The notes: a model not told the origin generated them from the sequence alone. 64,000 nt of DNA from Candidatus Zhuqueibacterota bacterium (GCA_049322915.1 JBMOPW010000035.1:32001-96000), one strand, 5' to 3'. Shown: positions 41,993-51,940, counted from the first letter of the stretch. Made by a program: numbers and translations.

Positions 41993-42415
41993 ATGATGAA
42001 AACTTTTTTTACTCTGCTCATACTATCTCTGTCCACGGCTCTCGTCATTCTGAGCTGCGCGGAAGATAAAAATCCATTACCAAGCACCTCGCATCCGGAT
42101 GAATGGAATACTGTTGGCGCCGATAACTTCCATGGCAGCAAAGTATTAGCCGTCGGATCCAGTTCATGCAAAAGCTGTCACGGCGTCGACCTTAAAGGAA
42201 GCGACACCGGCGAAAGCTGTTTCAAATGTCACCAGAGCTATCCCCACTCCGAGGAATGGATGATGGCTGACAGTGATAATTCTCACAGTGAATATATCAA
42301 AAAGAATAGCGACGCCATGAATAAATGTAAAAACTGCCACGGCAGCAATCTGACCGGCGGGAAAAGCGGCGTCTCCTGTTTCAAATGTCATGCGGCTGAT
42401 ACATTGCCATTGTAA
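41993..42415 (+). CDS. Tetraheme cytochrome c lipoprotein
   Basis: Lipobox ILS-C; two repeats of HP..W...H...CK.CHG..L.G....SCFKCH. Confidence 0.88.
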   Translation: MMKTFFTLLILSLSTALVILSCAEDKNPLPSTSHPDEWNTVGADNFHGSKVLAVGSSSCKSCHGVDLKGSDTGESCFKCHQSYPHSEEWMMADSDNSHSEYIKKNSDAMNKCKNCHGSNLTGGKSGVSCFKCHAADTLPL

Positions 42416-42727
42416 ATCATTCTTGCAATCTGAAACGCGATCTTATCTCGTTGAACTCAGGGAGCTTATCCAAGGGGTTTTCAATGTGTATTCATTAGCT
42501 GAAAATATCTCATGGCCACAACGGATAAGATCGCTTTTCAGGTTTTTTGTCATTATCAATAAATTACCCTCACACATATTTTCAGTATTAACTATCCCTC
42601 GTCTTTGGCACAACCATGCAAAGTTCGAAAGACTTTCATGTTGCGGCAATTCGCCGGCAGATGAAATTCCCGGATGCAACCATGACATTGTTGTTAAATT
42701 TTTTCACGTCAGGCGTCTGAAATTAAA

Positions 42728-44326
42728 ATGAAGAAATTGACTAAATTATTTTCCCGAATCAGTATCCGGCTATTCATTCTTCTCTCGCTGCACATTATCC
42801 TGGTTTTTGTGATTATCAACTATGTCAATTTCCATTATTTCGCTCATAAAATGGAAGGCTGTATGGCGGATTATGCCATTCAGGCCGGCAATTTGATCAA
42901 AGAGTCCACGCGAATCAGCATGTTACAAAACGACCGTGTGAACCTCGCTCGTATCATGACGAATTTGAACAGCGTTGAGTACATTGAAGGCATTCGAATT
43001 TATAACAAGAAAGGCGTCATTCAATTTTCCGGCGATTCCACAGAAGTAGGGCAAACAGTGAGCATTCATGACGAGCAGTGCATTTTTTGCCATGAAAGCG
43101 AAAAAGCCAGAGGCGCCATCCCTCAAAAAAATCGTTTCAGGGAATGCCCATCCACCAATGGCTATCGGGTGATGGGATTGATCAATCCCATTGAAAATTC
43201 ACCAGCATGCTATAACGCCGCCTGTCACGCGCATGCCAGCGACGAGACGATATTGGGACTGTTGGATATTCAATTGTCATTGAAAAAACTGGACGTCAAT
43301 ACCCGGGATGCGCGATCCAAGTCGTACATCTTTTATGGGATCATTACCATAATCTCGGCCATTGTATTCAACCGGATTATTCGCACGCAGATACAACGTC
43401 CGATTTCTGAACTGATTCAGGGCACGCAGCAAGTCGCGCATTTGAATCTGGAGCACATTATCCAGATCGACTCCCCTGAGGAAATGGCGAAGTTGGCCGC
43501 CTCTTTCAACAAAATGACGCTGAAATTGAAACAGGCTCAGGAAGAATTGAAAGAATGGTCCAACCGGCTGGAAGAGAAGGTGCAGCAGAAAACCGAAGAG
43601 TTGAGTCAGGCGCAGAGCCAATTGATCATGGCGGAGAAACTGGCTTCCATGGGGAAGCTTTCAGCGGTTGTCGCCCATGAGATCAACAATCCCCTCTCCG
43701 GCATTTTGACCTATTCCAAATTGATGATCAAAAGTCTCCAGCCTTATAAAAATGAACAGGCCGTCAGCAAGGCCATCGAAAATTTGAAAATCATCAGGGA
43801 CGAATCAAAGCGGTGCGGCGACATTGTCAGGAACCTGCTCATTTTTTCGAAAAAATCTTTCGGTGAGAAAAAGCAATCCAACCTGACATCGATACTCAAC
43901 AGAAGTATTGAACTGGTACAGCATAGCATCGCGATGCGCGAAATTCAACTGACAACAGATTTTGACACGGATGAAGCGCCCATCCATTGTGACGCTGCCG
44001 CTCTGGAACAAATGACGGTCGCGCTGCTGATCAATGCAATCGAAGCCATCCCTGAGGGATCGGGAAAAATAAACATCGCGTTGGAGAGAACAAATCAGGG
44101 GACGACGTACTCCATAAAAATCAGCGACAACGGCGTAGGCATCGATGAAGCGGCAATTCCCCATATCTTTGAGCCGTTTTATTCGACTAAGACCAATGAA
44201 AAAAGCGTGGGACTGGGATTAGCCGTGGTGTACGGCATCGTCGAACGTCATCAGGGCGCCATCCAGGTGAAATCACAAAAGGACGTGGGGACGATTTTCA
44301 CCATTGAGCTTCCTGTTTCAGAGTGA
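42728..44326 (+). CDS. Sensor histidine kinase with periplasmic heme-c-binding motifs, HAMP domain
   Basis: Two TM; periplasmic CIFCH and CYNAACH; EKLASMGKLSAVVAHEINNPL; DNGVGI, IFEPFYSTK, GLGLAV. Confidence 0.92.
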   Translation: MKKLTKLFSRISIRLFILLSLHIILVFVIINYVNFHYFAHKMEGCMADYAIQAGNLIKESTRISMLQNDRVNLARIMTNLNSVEYIEGIRIYNKKGVIQFSGDSTEVGQTVSIHDEQCIFCHESEKARGAIPQKNRFRECPSTNGYRVMGLINPIENSPACYNAACHAHASDETILGLLDIQLSLKKLDVNTRDARSKSYIFYGIITIISAIVFNRIIRTQIQRPISELIQGTQQVAHLNLEHIIQIDSPEEMAKLAASFNKMTLKLKQAQEELKEWSNRLEEKVQQKTEELSQAQSQLIMAEKLASMGKLSAVVAHEINNPLSGILTYSKLMIKSLQPYKNEQAVSKAIENLKIIRDESKRCGDIVRNLLIFSKKSFGEKKQSNLTSILNRSIELVQHSIAMREIQLTTDFDTDEAPIHCDAAALEQMTVALLINAIEAIPEGSGKINIALERTNQGTTYSIKISDNGVGIDEAAIPHIFEPFYSTKTNEKSVGLGLAVVYGIVERHQGAIQVKSQKDVGTIFTIELPVSE

Positions 44327-44407
44327 AATCCGCCCCGTGAAATGGTGCCGATTCCGCTGCAGATGACTTCCATCAGAACTTATTGAAAATATTTCGAGGT
44401 TTATTTT

Positions 44408-45772
44408 ATGAACAACAAAGATATCAGCATTCTGATTGTCGATGATGAATTTTCGGTGCGGGACTCGCTCTGCCAATGGTTCAAAGCAGAGGGCTTTCAT
44501 GTGGCGACAGCGGAAAGTGCGAATACTGCGTTCGAAATGTTCAAACGTCAGACCTGGGATATTGTTCTGCTGGATATCAGAATGACGGGGATGGACGGGA
44601 TCGAATTCAACAGGCACATCATGAGTGTGGACAAAAGCGTCATCGTCATCATGATCACTGCATTCGCCACCGTCGAAACGGCGGTGCAGGCGATTAAGGA
44701 TGGGGCGTTTGACTATATTTCAAAACCAATTGATCCGGAATATCTATCGCATATCGTCCGCAATGCCCTGGAAAAACGGCAACTGGCGCGGGAGAATATT
44801 CAACTTCGGGAGCGGATCGAAGATTTGACCACGCCGGATGATATTATTGGCACGTCGGCGCGGCTGCGGGACGTGCTGAAGATGGTGGCCTCGGTCGCCA
44901 AATCCGATAGCACCGTGATGATCCGCGGTGAAAGCGGCACAGGGAAAGAACTGATTGCGCGCGCCATTCACAGCAATTCCCATCGCCGGTACGCGCCGAT
45001 CATCTCCATCAATTGCGGCGGAATGACTGAGTCGTTGCTGGAGAGTGAATTATTCGGCCATGAAAAAGGCGCCTTCACCGGCGCGGAACGACTGCGGATT
45101 GGCAAATTGGAGCGCGCCAATAAAGGTACAGTTTTTTTCGATGAAATCGGGAACATCAGCATGAAGATGCAAATGGACTTGCTGCGCGTGCTGGAAACAA
45201 AGCAGTTCACCCGACTGGGCAGCGAAAAACAGGTTGAAGTGGATTTTCGGGTAATCAGCGCCACAAATAAAGACCTGGAAAAGGCGGTCAAGTCCGGCGA
45301 TTTCCGCGAGGATTTATATTTTCGGTTGAATGTCATCTCGATTGAAATGCCTACGCTGCGCGATCGAAAAGAGGATATTCCGTTGCTGGCGCGATTCTTC
45401 TTCAATAAATACAGGCAATCCATGTCCAAGCCGATCAAGGACATATCCCAGGACGCAATGGAAACACTATTGAGCTACGAGTGGCCCGGCAACATCCGTG
45501 AATTGAGAAATGTGATCGAACGCGCAGTTGTCGTCTGCGACAATATTGTGATCAAACCCGACCATTTCACATTCCCATTTCGGGACAAATTCACATCGGC
45601 GGCATTCACAGATTACAGTCTGGAGGGCGCTGAGAAGATGCAGATTCAGCGGGTGTTGAAGCAAACCGGCGGCAACATTTCCAGGTCAGCAGAGATTCTG
45701 AAAATCGACCGCACGACGCTGTATAACAAGCTTAAAAAATTTGATCTCAACAAAATGACTTCATTCGAATGA
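44408..45772 (+). CDS. Sigma-54-dependent response regulator (NtrC/AtoC family)
   Basis: REC (IVDDE, LLDIRM, KP), GESGTGKE, GAFTGA, WPGNIREL, C-terminal Fis HTH. Confidence 0.94.
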   Translation: MNNKDISILIVDDEFSVRDSLCQWFKAEGFHVATAESANTAFEMFKRQTWDIVLLDIRMTGMDGIEFNRHIMSVDKSVIVIMITAFATVETAVQAIKDGAFDYISKPIDPEYLSHIVRNALEKRQLARENIQLRERIEDLTTPDDIIGTSARLRDVLKMVASVAKSDSTVMIRGESGTGKELIARAIHSNSHRRYAPIISINCGGMTESLLESELFGHEKGAFTGAERLRIGKLERANKGTVFFDEIGNISMKMQMDLLRVLETKQFTRLGSEKQVEVDFRVISATNKDLEKAVKSGDFREDLYFRLNVISIEMPTLRDRKEDIPLLARFFFNKYRQSMSKPIKDISQDAMETLLSYEWPGNIRELRNVIERAVVVCDNIVIKPDHFTFPFRDKFTSAAFTDYSLEGAEKMQIQRVLKQTGGNISRSAEILKIDRTTLYNKLKKFDLNKMTSFE

Positions 45773-46257
45773 TCCGCGCCATTTTCACGCCATCGACGAA
45801 AGCTCCCGATTCCCCCGCCGGCCAATTCACGCGCCGGAAATAACCGCCGGACATTCAGCCATTCCGAGTTACTGCAAATGAAAATCCGCTACCTCGGTCC
45901 CACTGGTTGGGCAAAGTAACGGATATGCATTTTCCCCACTCACCGCTTGTTCCGACGCCGTCCTCTCCTGTCGTGCATTACTTCATCAAAGAAGCACGAT
46001 GAGCGGACCAGCGAGCATATTCTCCTAGTGGATGGATTGATGGACGTCTTATTTCAATTGTATGCCGCGTTCATGGTTAACAACCTGCCGCCTCTAATGG
46101 AGTGAACGGTCAGGTTGTCAGGTCTTTATTCTACCGGATGTAACTTAAAAGGCTCCTTTTCTGCTGATGGGACTGAGGCCAGTTTATTGGAATTGCTGTC
46201 GCTGTGAACTGCAGCACAGGCAACTAGCAATCACAATTTACGAACGCCTCCACTCCA

Positions 46258-47430
46258 TCACTCGAAAGATTTGCGTTGGAAGTACTCGCTGTAAGCCGCC
46301 CACAGGCTGGTAACAAAACGCTCCGTGTCGTCTGCCGGTTTCCCTTCTGCCTGTTGCAATGATTCTTCCAATTTAGTGTTGATCATCTTGCTGATCTCGT
46401 GAAATCTATCAATTTCCTTCTGATACCATTGCATTGTGTCCGAGCCAATCTTCAGCCCCGGCAGTTCATTGCTGAGATTCTCCGGTTCGATGTTGCACAT
46501 CCATCCAAGTTCATACGGCTTGATATTGACATAATCGATATGGTCTTCGAGATTGGCATTGATCGATACCACGGTTCCGCTGATGGGAGCGGGAAAATTC
46601 AGGGACTGGTCGCCGCGCTGCACGGTGAACAGCAAATCACCTTTTTTGACTTTCTGCCCCTTCTTTGGCAGAACAACGCTTTTGATTTTGCTCAAAATCT
46701 TTTGGGAGAAATCATCGATGCCGACGCGCGCCAATCCGTTCAAATCAATTCTGACCCAGGTGTGAGTCGGCGCTATGAAAATCCCGGCTGGCACATTAAA
46801 TTCATGGCTTGATTTGGACTCGCCGTGCGAAGGAGTAATGAGATGCACCGCCGGCTTGGTGACACGCTCGATCTTGTCCTGGCGCCGGATTAACGACTTG
46901 TTGACAAAATCCACCAATTCATCTTCAGTGAATGGCTTTTGCACATAATCCGTGGCGCCGTATTTCATGGTCGCCACAGCGGTTTCAATGGTCGCGTAGC
47001 CGGTGATGACGATGATATCGATATCCGGACGCAGATGTTTTGCAGCCTTGGTCACTTCAACGCCATCCATCACTGGCATTTTCAAATCCGTGAACAGGAA
47101 ATCGTATTCGGTCTTCTTCAAAAGCCCCAGGGCCTCGGGACCGGTCTCCACGGTATCGATTGAATATCCGGCCAGCACCAGTATTTTTCGGAAACTTGCC
47201 AGTACCACTTCTTCATCGTCCACTGCCAGAATTTTAGCTTTGGGATGGTCGACTTCGACCCGTTTCAGGGATTTGGCCTCTTCCGTGAAATCTAACCGAA
47301 GGCCAATGTCCAGAGCTTCTTCCCGTTCTTTCTTAAGTTTGGAATGCTCCATTTTTTTAAGAACGATTCGTAAAACGGCGTCAGCCAGAATGAAAATAAT
47401 AACGGTTACAATCAGAAATAAGACGACCAT
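46258..47430 (-). CDS. Membrane-anchored receiver domain fused to a GcvH-like domain lacking the lipoyl Lys
   Basis: N-terminal TM; REC (AVDDE, TDLKMP, QKPF); HTWV...RVGIDDF...APISGTVVSIN...PYELGW. Confidence 0.85.
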   Translation of the reverse strand: MVVLFLIVTVIIFILADAVLRIVLKKMEHSKLKKEREEALDIGLRLDFTEEAKSLKRVEVDHPKAKILAVDDEEVVLASFRKILVLAGYSIDTVETGPEALGLLKKTEYDFLFTDLKMPVMDGVEVTKAAKHLRPDIDIIVITGYATIETAVATMKYGATDYVQKPFTEDELVDFVNKSLIRRQDKIERVTKPAVHLITPSHGESKSSHEFNVPAGIFIAPTHTWVRIDLNGLARVGIDDFSQKILSKIKSVVLPKKGQKVKKGDLLFTVQRGDQSLNFPAPISGTVVSINANLEDHIDYVNIKPYELGWMCNIEPENLSNELPGLKIGSDTMQWYQKEIDRFHEISKMINTKLEESLQQAEGKPADDTERFVTSLWAAYSEYFQRKSFE

Positions 47431-47506
47431 AATTTCTCCTTCCTAATAGAATGATAATTGGGTACCACGTGCGCAGGATATTCAATGCATCATTCGCCTC
47501 ATTCAC

Positions 47507-48301
47507 TTAGATGCGGCGAAGGCTCAAGTTATTCAGGTCTTTCTCCAGATTTGTCGGAACGACTTGAATCAGCCAGCCATCATGATACGGAGAGGTATTT
47601 AATTTATCCATCTCGCGTTCCAGGCGCTTGTTCAAAGCGACAATCTTACCGCCTAGTGGCGCCCACACCATGTGATTGAGATAGTCTTCCGAGATAATTC
47701 GCACACATAAATTCCCCTGTGATATCTCATTATTGACAAGCGGGAATTCTATTGAATTGATCGTTCCCATGCAGCCAGCGAACGTTTCCCCCAAACCCAG
47801 CGTGCAGATGCCGTCGCTATTCAATTTTGTCCAGGAGTGCTGACCTAATAAATAATACGGCGCTCCTTCGCTATTCTGCTGCGCGTCGTTCTGGAGTTGT
47901 AGGGATGATTGCGTTTCAGTTGCCCGTTCACTGAATTTCTTCGCACGAAAAATGACGCCAGCCAATTCTTCAAAATCAAACGGTTTGGGAATACAATCAA
48001 ATGCACCTGTCCTGAAAATTTTCACGGCATTGGCGTGTGAAGCATAGCCGGTGATGATGATGATTGGAATTGTCGCATTCAATTTTCTGGCATATTCGAT
48101 CACTTCGATTCCGGATTTACCAGGCAACATGAGATCCGACAGTATTAATTGATATTGATTTTTATCGAGTTTATCGAAAGCGCCCTCTGCGCTTTGCGCC
48201 ATATCGACATGAAATCCTTCGACGCTTAATATTCGTCTGGCTGCTTCAGCAACCACCAGTTCATCTTCGACCAGCAGAATATGATTATTTGGGTTCGTCA
48301 T
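47507..48301 (-). CDS. Receiver domain fused to a GcvH-like domain lacking the lipoyl Lys
   Basis: REC (LVEDE, SDLMLP, PKPF); HSW...LGL...APLGGKIVALN...PYHDGW. Confidence 0.85.
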   Translation of the reverse strand: MTNPNNHILLVEDELVVAEAARRILSVEGFHVDMAQSAEGAFDKLDKNQYQLILSDLMLPGKSGIEVIEYARKLNATIPIIIITGYASHANAVKIFRTGAFDCIPKPFDFEELAGVIFRAKKFSERATETQSSLQLQNDAQQNSEGAPYYLLGQHSWTKLNSDGICTLGLGETFAGCMGTINSIEFPLVNNEISQGNLCVRIISEDYLNHMVWAPLGGKIVALNKRLEREMDKLNTSPYHDGWLIQVVPTNLEKDLNNLSLRRI

Positions 48302-49832
48302 GATTACATTTCGCAGATTCTTTTTTCGAACTGTCGCTCACCGGCAAACTCAACGTAAACGTTGTTCCTTTGCCCACTTCACTTTTCACTTCAATTTTCC
48401 CGTTGTGCTCTTCAACGATTCCCCAGACCACCGCCAACCCGAGGCCGGTGCCTTTCTGCCCCTTGGTGCTGTAAAACGGATCGAATATTTTTGAAAGATT
48501 CTCCAGGGGAATGCCACAGCCGAAGTCGGTGACATTGACTACAATACAATCCCGCTCTTTCACAATCACCCGTTCGGTAGAAATTAAAATTTCTCCGCCT
48601 TTGGGATCCATGGCATCCGCGGCATTCACTAACAAATTGATGAATACCTGCTGCAATTGATTGGCGTCCGCTTTAATCTCAGGCAAATCACCCGGTGAAT
48701 TCACCCGAACCGAGACATTCTTGAGATTCAATTGATTGCTCAGAATGTGTATTGTTCGCTCGATCACATCATCGATCCGAACAATCGAAATTTTCGCCGG
48801 CTCCTGGCGCGCGAAATCCAACAACCGTTTTACAATTTCGCGGCAACGCTTGCTCTCATGGACAATCACCTCCAGATCGCTCTTCACATCACTCGGTAGA
48901 TCCTTGCGCTTCAATAGAATGCTGCTGAACGAAAGCACGCCAGTGAGCGGATTGTTAATTTCATGAGCAATGCCGGACGTCAGCCGTCCCAATGACGCCA
49001 GCTTATCGGATTGGTAAAGCTGACGCTGCACCGCAGCGAGTTTACTGGTCATCTCGTTGAACGATTGCTCGAGAAAACCTAACTCATCATTTTTGAATTT
49101 ATCGATCTTGTATTCGAGATTTCCTGCAGCAACGATCTTCGTCGCCTTTACCAACTGGTCCACCGGCTTGCCTACCAGGTTATGTACCAAACCCAGGAGG
49201 AGCAAACTGATTGTAATGATTGCACAGACGGTAAGTAAAATGATTTTTGAACGATTGGCATGTATCTGTTGTTCCACTTCATCCAGCCTCATAGTAATAT
49301 CGAGTACACCCAGCACCGTTTGACTTTCAGGATGAGCGTGACACTCCGCCTGCCAACACCCCGGAGCATTGTAAATTGGATTGATAATAGCCAACTGCAT
49401 CTTGCCATCTCGGTTTTTAAATACTCGGGCCCGTTCCGGAATCGTCAACTTTTCCAGCGGCGCACCAACTGCATGGCAGACAAAACAGGATTCCGCTTTT
49501 TTATCCACAAGCTGGCCAATTTCCGTGCTGTCTGTGGAATAAGTGATTTCACCGAGCTTATTGAAAATGCGAATTTTATCCAGGCCTTCCTGATCGCCGA
49601 ATCCCTCGATGATGCGATAGATATGCTGCGGCTGATCCTGCAACATATCATATTCAGTTGCATTCTTGATCGTCTCACTGCACTGACTGGCGCGGTTCTT
49701 CAACTGGTCAATCATCGCTTTTTGCTCGGACTCGATGATGAAAAAAGAAAAAATTGTAATGATCGAAATGGTCACACCACACACAGCAAGTATGAGCTTA
49801 TAACTTATTTTATTGATGCTGGAATATACCAC
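48285..49832 (-). CDS. Sensor histidine kinase with periplasmic heme-c-binding motifs, HAMP domain
   Basis: Periplasmic CFVCH and CWQAECH; DKLASLGRLTSGIAHEINNPL; IFDPFYSTK, GTGLGL. Confidence 0.92.
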   Translation of the reverse strand: MVYSSINKISYKLILAVCGVTISIITIFSFFIIESEQKAMIDQLKNRASQCSETIKNATEYDMLQDQPQHIYRIIEGFGDQEGLDKIRIFNKLGEITYSTDSTEIGQLVDKKAESCFVCHAVGAPLEKLTIPERARVFKNRDGKMQLAIINPIYNAPGCWQAECHAHPESQTVLGVLDITMRLDEVEQQIHANRSKIILLTVCAIITISLLLLGLVHNLVGKPVDQLVKATKIVAAGNLEYKIDKFKNDELGFLEQSFNEMTSKLAAVQRQLYQSDKLASLGRLTSGIAHEINNPLTGVLSFSSILLKRKDLPSDVKSDLEVIVHESKRCREIVKRLLDFARQEPAKISIVRIDDVIERTIHILSNQLNLKNVSVRVNSPGDLPEIKADANQLQQVFINLLVNAADAMDPKGGEILISTERVIVKERDCIVVNVTDFGCGIPLENLSKIFDPFYSTKGQKGTGLGLAVVWGIVEEHNGKIEVKSEVGKGTTFTLSLPVSDSSKKESAKCNHDEPK

Positions 49833-49931
49833 TTTTTATCCTCACAGTTTTATTATCGATCTCCGGTCAGCATTTCATGACCCAAATGGCAAACGCATCA
49901 CTCGAACTTCTGTTCCTTGAACTGATTGCTT

Positions 49932-50735
49932 TCAACACGTAATGTCACCCAGCACACTGGTCACTAAATTGAGATAGTGCTCGGGAGGCAATGAATTGAT
50001 CAGATCCCTTGAAAATACGCCCATGTCATCCAGCAGAATATCTGATGTGAGCGAACCGGCCTGGCAGGTCTCTGACAGTTTGTACTCCAGCCATTTCATT
50101 TCATCCAGATACCAGGAGAATAACGTCTCTCCATTTCGACAATATGAAAGATCCTGGCTTAAATTTTTTGGTTCCACAATCAACATCCACCCGCGATTCA
50201 CCGGATCGAGCGTCAACTGGTTCGGCGCGAGTTGCAGTTCTGGATTCACGACTTTGATCCGGCCAGCTACCGGCGTCGGAATGGAAAAATTGTACTTCCC
50301 GCGTTTCACGTGGCCACAGCATCCGCCTTTTGTAATTTTTTCATCGACGCGGGGAAGCGTGATTTCATCGACAGAACCTAATACAACAGCGGCGACATTA
50401 TCAATGCCCAGTTTCACCTCGTGGGGACCAACAATCTCGATCCAGACATGCCGGGAACTGACAAAATAATTTTCACTCTGCTTGATTTTCACCAGGTGAT
50501 CGAGCGATGAAAAATATCTGAATGAATTGCGCGTGATAACGCTGGCGTCGGTGAAAAATCCCCGCAACGCCTTCTCCAACGGGCAGTTTTCGCACTCAAA
50601 ATTTCTATTGCAAATCTTGTAGGATAACTCTCCCAGTTCAACCCAATCACAGACACTATCACTTTTATCGATCAAGTGGGATAATGGTTTTGGTCTGGAA
50701 TTTCCCATGAGTATAAATCCCTTCTCATCTGACAT
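49932..50735 (-). CDS. GcvH-like protein with N-terminal Cys cluster
   Basis: C-x11-C-x5-C-x2-CP N-terminus (CDW...KICNRNFECENCP); HVW...KLGID...TPVAGRIKVVN...DPVNRGW. Confidence 0.78.
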   Translation of the reverse strand: MSDEKGFILMGNSRPKPLSHLIDKSDSVCDWVELGELSYKICNRNFECENCPLEKALRGFFTDASVITRNSFRYFSSLDHLVKIKQSENYFVSSRHVWIEIVGPHEVKLGIDNVAAVVLGSVDEITLPRVDEKITKGGCCGHVKRGKYNFSIPTPVAGRIKVVNPELQLAPNQLTLDPVNRGWMLIVEPKNLSQDLSYCRNGETLFSWYLDEMKWLEYKLSETCQAGSLTSDILLDDMGVFSRDLINSLPPEHYLNLVTSVLGDITC

Positions 50736-50766
50736 TGTTCCCGGTTTTCAAGATATAAAGGCAATG

Positions 50767-50782
50767 TTCAAATTCTATGCCA
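50767..50782 (-). promoter_or_regulatory. Candidate sigma-54 promoter TGGCATAGAATTTGAA for the GcvH-like/kinase operon
   Basis: Correct spacing, TTGA variant, 32 nt upstream of ATG 50735. Confidence 0.55.
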
Positions 50783-50838
50783 ATTTTCTAATGTCAAATA
50801 AAACATTACATTAAACATTCAATAAAAATATTTTCTGA

Positions 50839-50872
50839 TGTGAAAAACCACACAGGAGTTGAAAAATTCAAC
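50839..50872. promoter_or_regulatory. Paired palindromes TGTG-N6-CACA and GTTGAA-N3-TTCAAC; candidate shared UAS
   Basis: Located about midway between the two divergent sigma-54 promoter candidates. Confidence 0.5.
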
Positions 50873-50927
50873 ACTACACTCGAGCCTGCATTTTGATATC
50901 CTTCTGTTATTATTAATTTAAACTCCC

Positions 50928-50943
50928 TGGCATAAAGATTGCG
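50928..50943 (+). promoter_or_regulatory. Sigma-54 promoter TGGCATAAAGATTGCG
   Basis: Near-consensus GG-N10-GC, 80 nt upstream of the 51023 start. Confidence 0.72.
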
Positions 50944-51022
50944 TAATCGCAATAGGTGAACTTATTTTTTTTTATTATTAGATCAACGTTGCACAGTTCA
51001 ATATAACCATTGGAGGTACTCA

Positions 51023-51940
51023 TTGGAACTAACAAGAAGAAACTTTCTGAAATTCACTGCAGCCACCGGCACAGTGGGCATTGCCGGTGCTGCGAAGAAA
51101 GCGTCTGCTTATTCAGAAAAGCCTCTTGCAGCAGAATGGATGGGAGTGCTGGTCGATACGACAGTCTGTATTGGTTGTCGCAAATGTGAATGGGCCTGCA
51201 ACACTGCCAACAAGCTTTCTGAAAAATCCATTACTGAGTTCGAGGATAAGTCCGTGTTTGAGCAAATGAGAAGGCCGGACGATACCGCCTACACCGTCGT
51301 CAACGAGTATGAAAACACGAAAAACCTGCAACTCCCCTATCATGTCAAAGTCCAATGCATGCATTGCAATAGCGCGGCATGCGTCTCGGCATGCATCGTC
51401 GGAGCGCTGACAAAACACCAGCAAACAGGAACCGTTCATTACGATCCCTGGAAATGCATCGGGTGTCGCTACTGCATGGCGGCATGCCCATTTCAAATCC
51501 CTGCATACGAGTATCACAACGCATTGACGCCTCAGATTCGCAAGTGTACATTCTGCTTCGATCGGATTACACAGGCAGGTGGTATCCCTGCCTGCGTTGA
51601 GATATGCCCGGTCGAAGCGCTCACCTTTGGAAAGAGGAACAGCCTGATTCAGGTGGCGCGCGAAAAAATTGCCAGACAGCCCGAACGATACGTCGATCAT
51701 ATCTATGGCGAGCACGAATTGGGCGGAACCTCGTGGATGTACCTTTCTGGCCGACCCATGGAGGAAATGGATATGGAACGTTTCGGCAATCGCCCGATTC
51801 CCCAATATACCGAACCAATCCAGCATGCGATTTTTAAAAATTTTATACCGCCGCTTTCCTTGTTCGCGTTCCTGGGCATCATCATGAAATTGTTCAAAGA
51901 CAGGGACAATGGCCATTCAAAGGAAGGAGGTTCAAAATGA
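51023..51940 (+). CDS. Tat-exported 4x[4Fe-4S] ferredoxin subunit (HybA/HmcB-like)
   Basis: TTG start with GGAGG; TRRNFLK; CIGCRKCEWAC, CMHC....CVSAC, CIGCRYCMAACP, CTFC...CVEICP; C-terminal TM. Confidence 0.9.
   Translation: MELTRRNFLKFTAATGTVGIAGAAKKASAYSEKPLAAEWMGVLVDTTVCIGCRKCEWACNTANKLSEKSITEFEDKSVFEQMRRPDDTAYTVVNEYENTKNLQLPYHVKVQCMHCNSAACVSACIVGALTKHQQTGTVHYDPWKCIGCRYCMAACPFQIPAYEYHNALTPQIRKCTFCFDRITQAGGIPACVEICPVEALTFGKRNSLIQVAREKIARQPERYVDHIYGEHELGGTSWMYLSGRPMEEMDMERFGNRPIPQYTEPIQHAIFKNFIPPLSLFAFLGIIMKLFKDRDNGHSKEGGSK

Noticed and set aside
42606..42620. TGGCACAACCATGCA as a sigma-54 promoter for the kinase gene
   Set aside because: GG to GC spacing is 9 nt, one short of the strict requirement
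45780..46250. About 470-bp gap between convergent regulators as a possible sRNA or small gene
   Set aside because: No convincing ORF, terminator or structure that I can support by eye
46258..50735. Glycine cleavage system
   Set aside because: Only H-like domains are present, mostly without the lipoyl Lys; no P, T or L protein genes in the window
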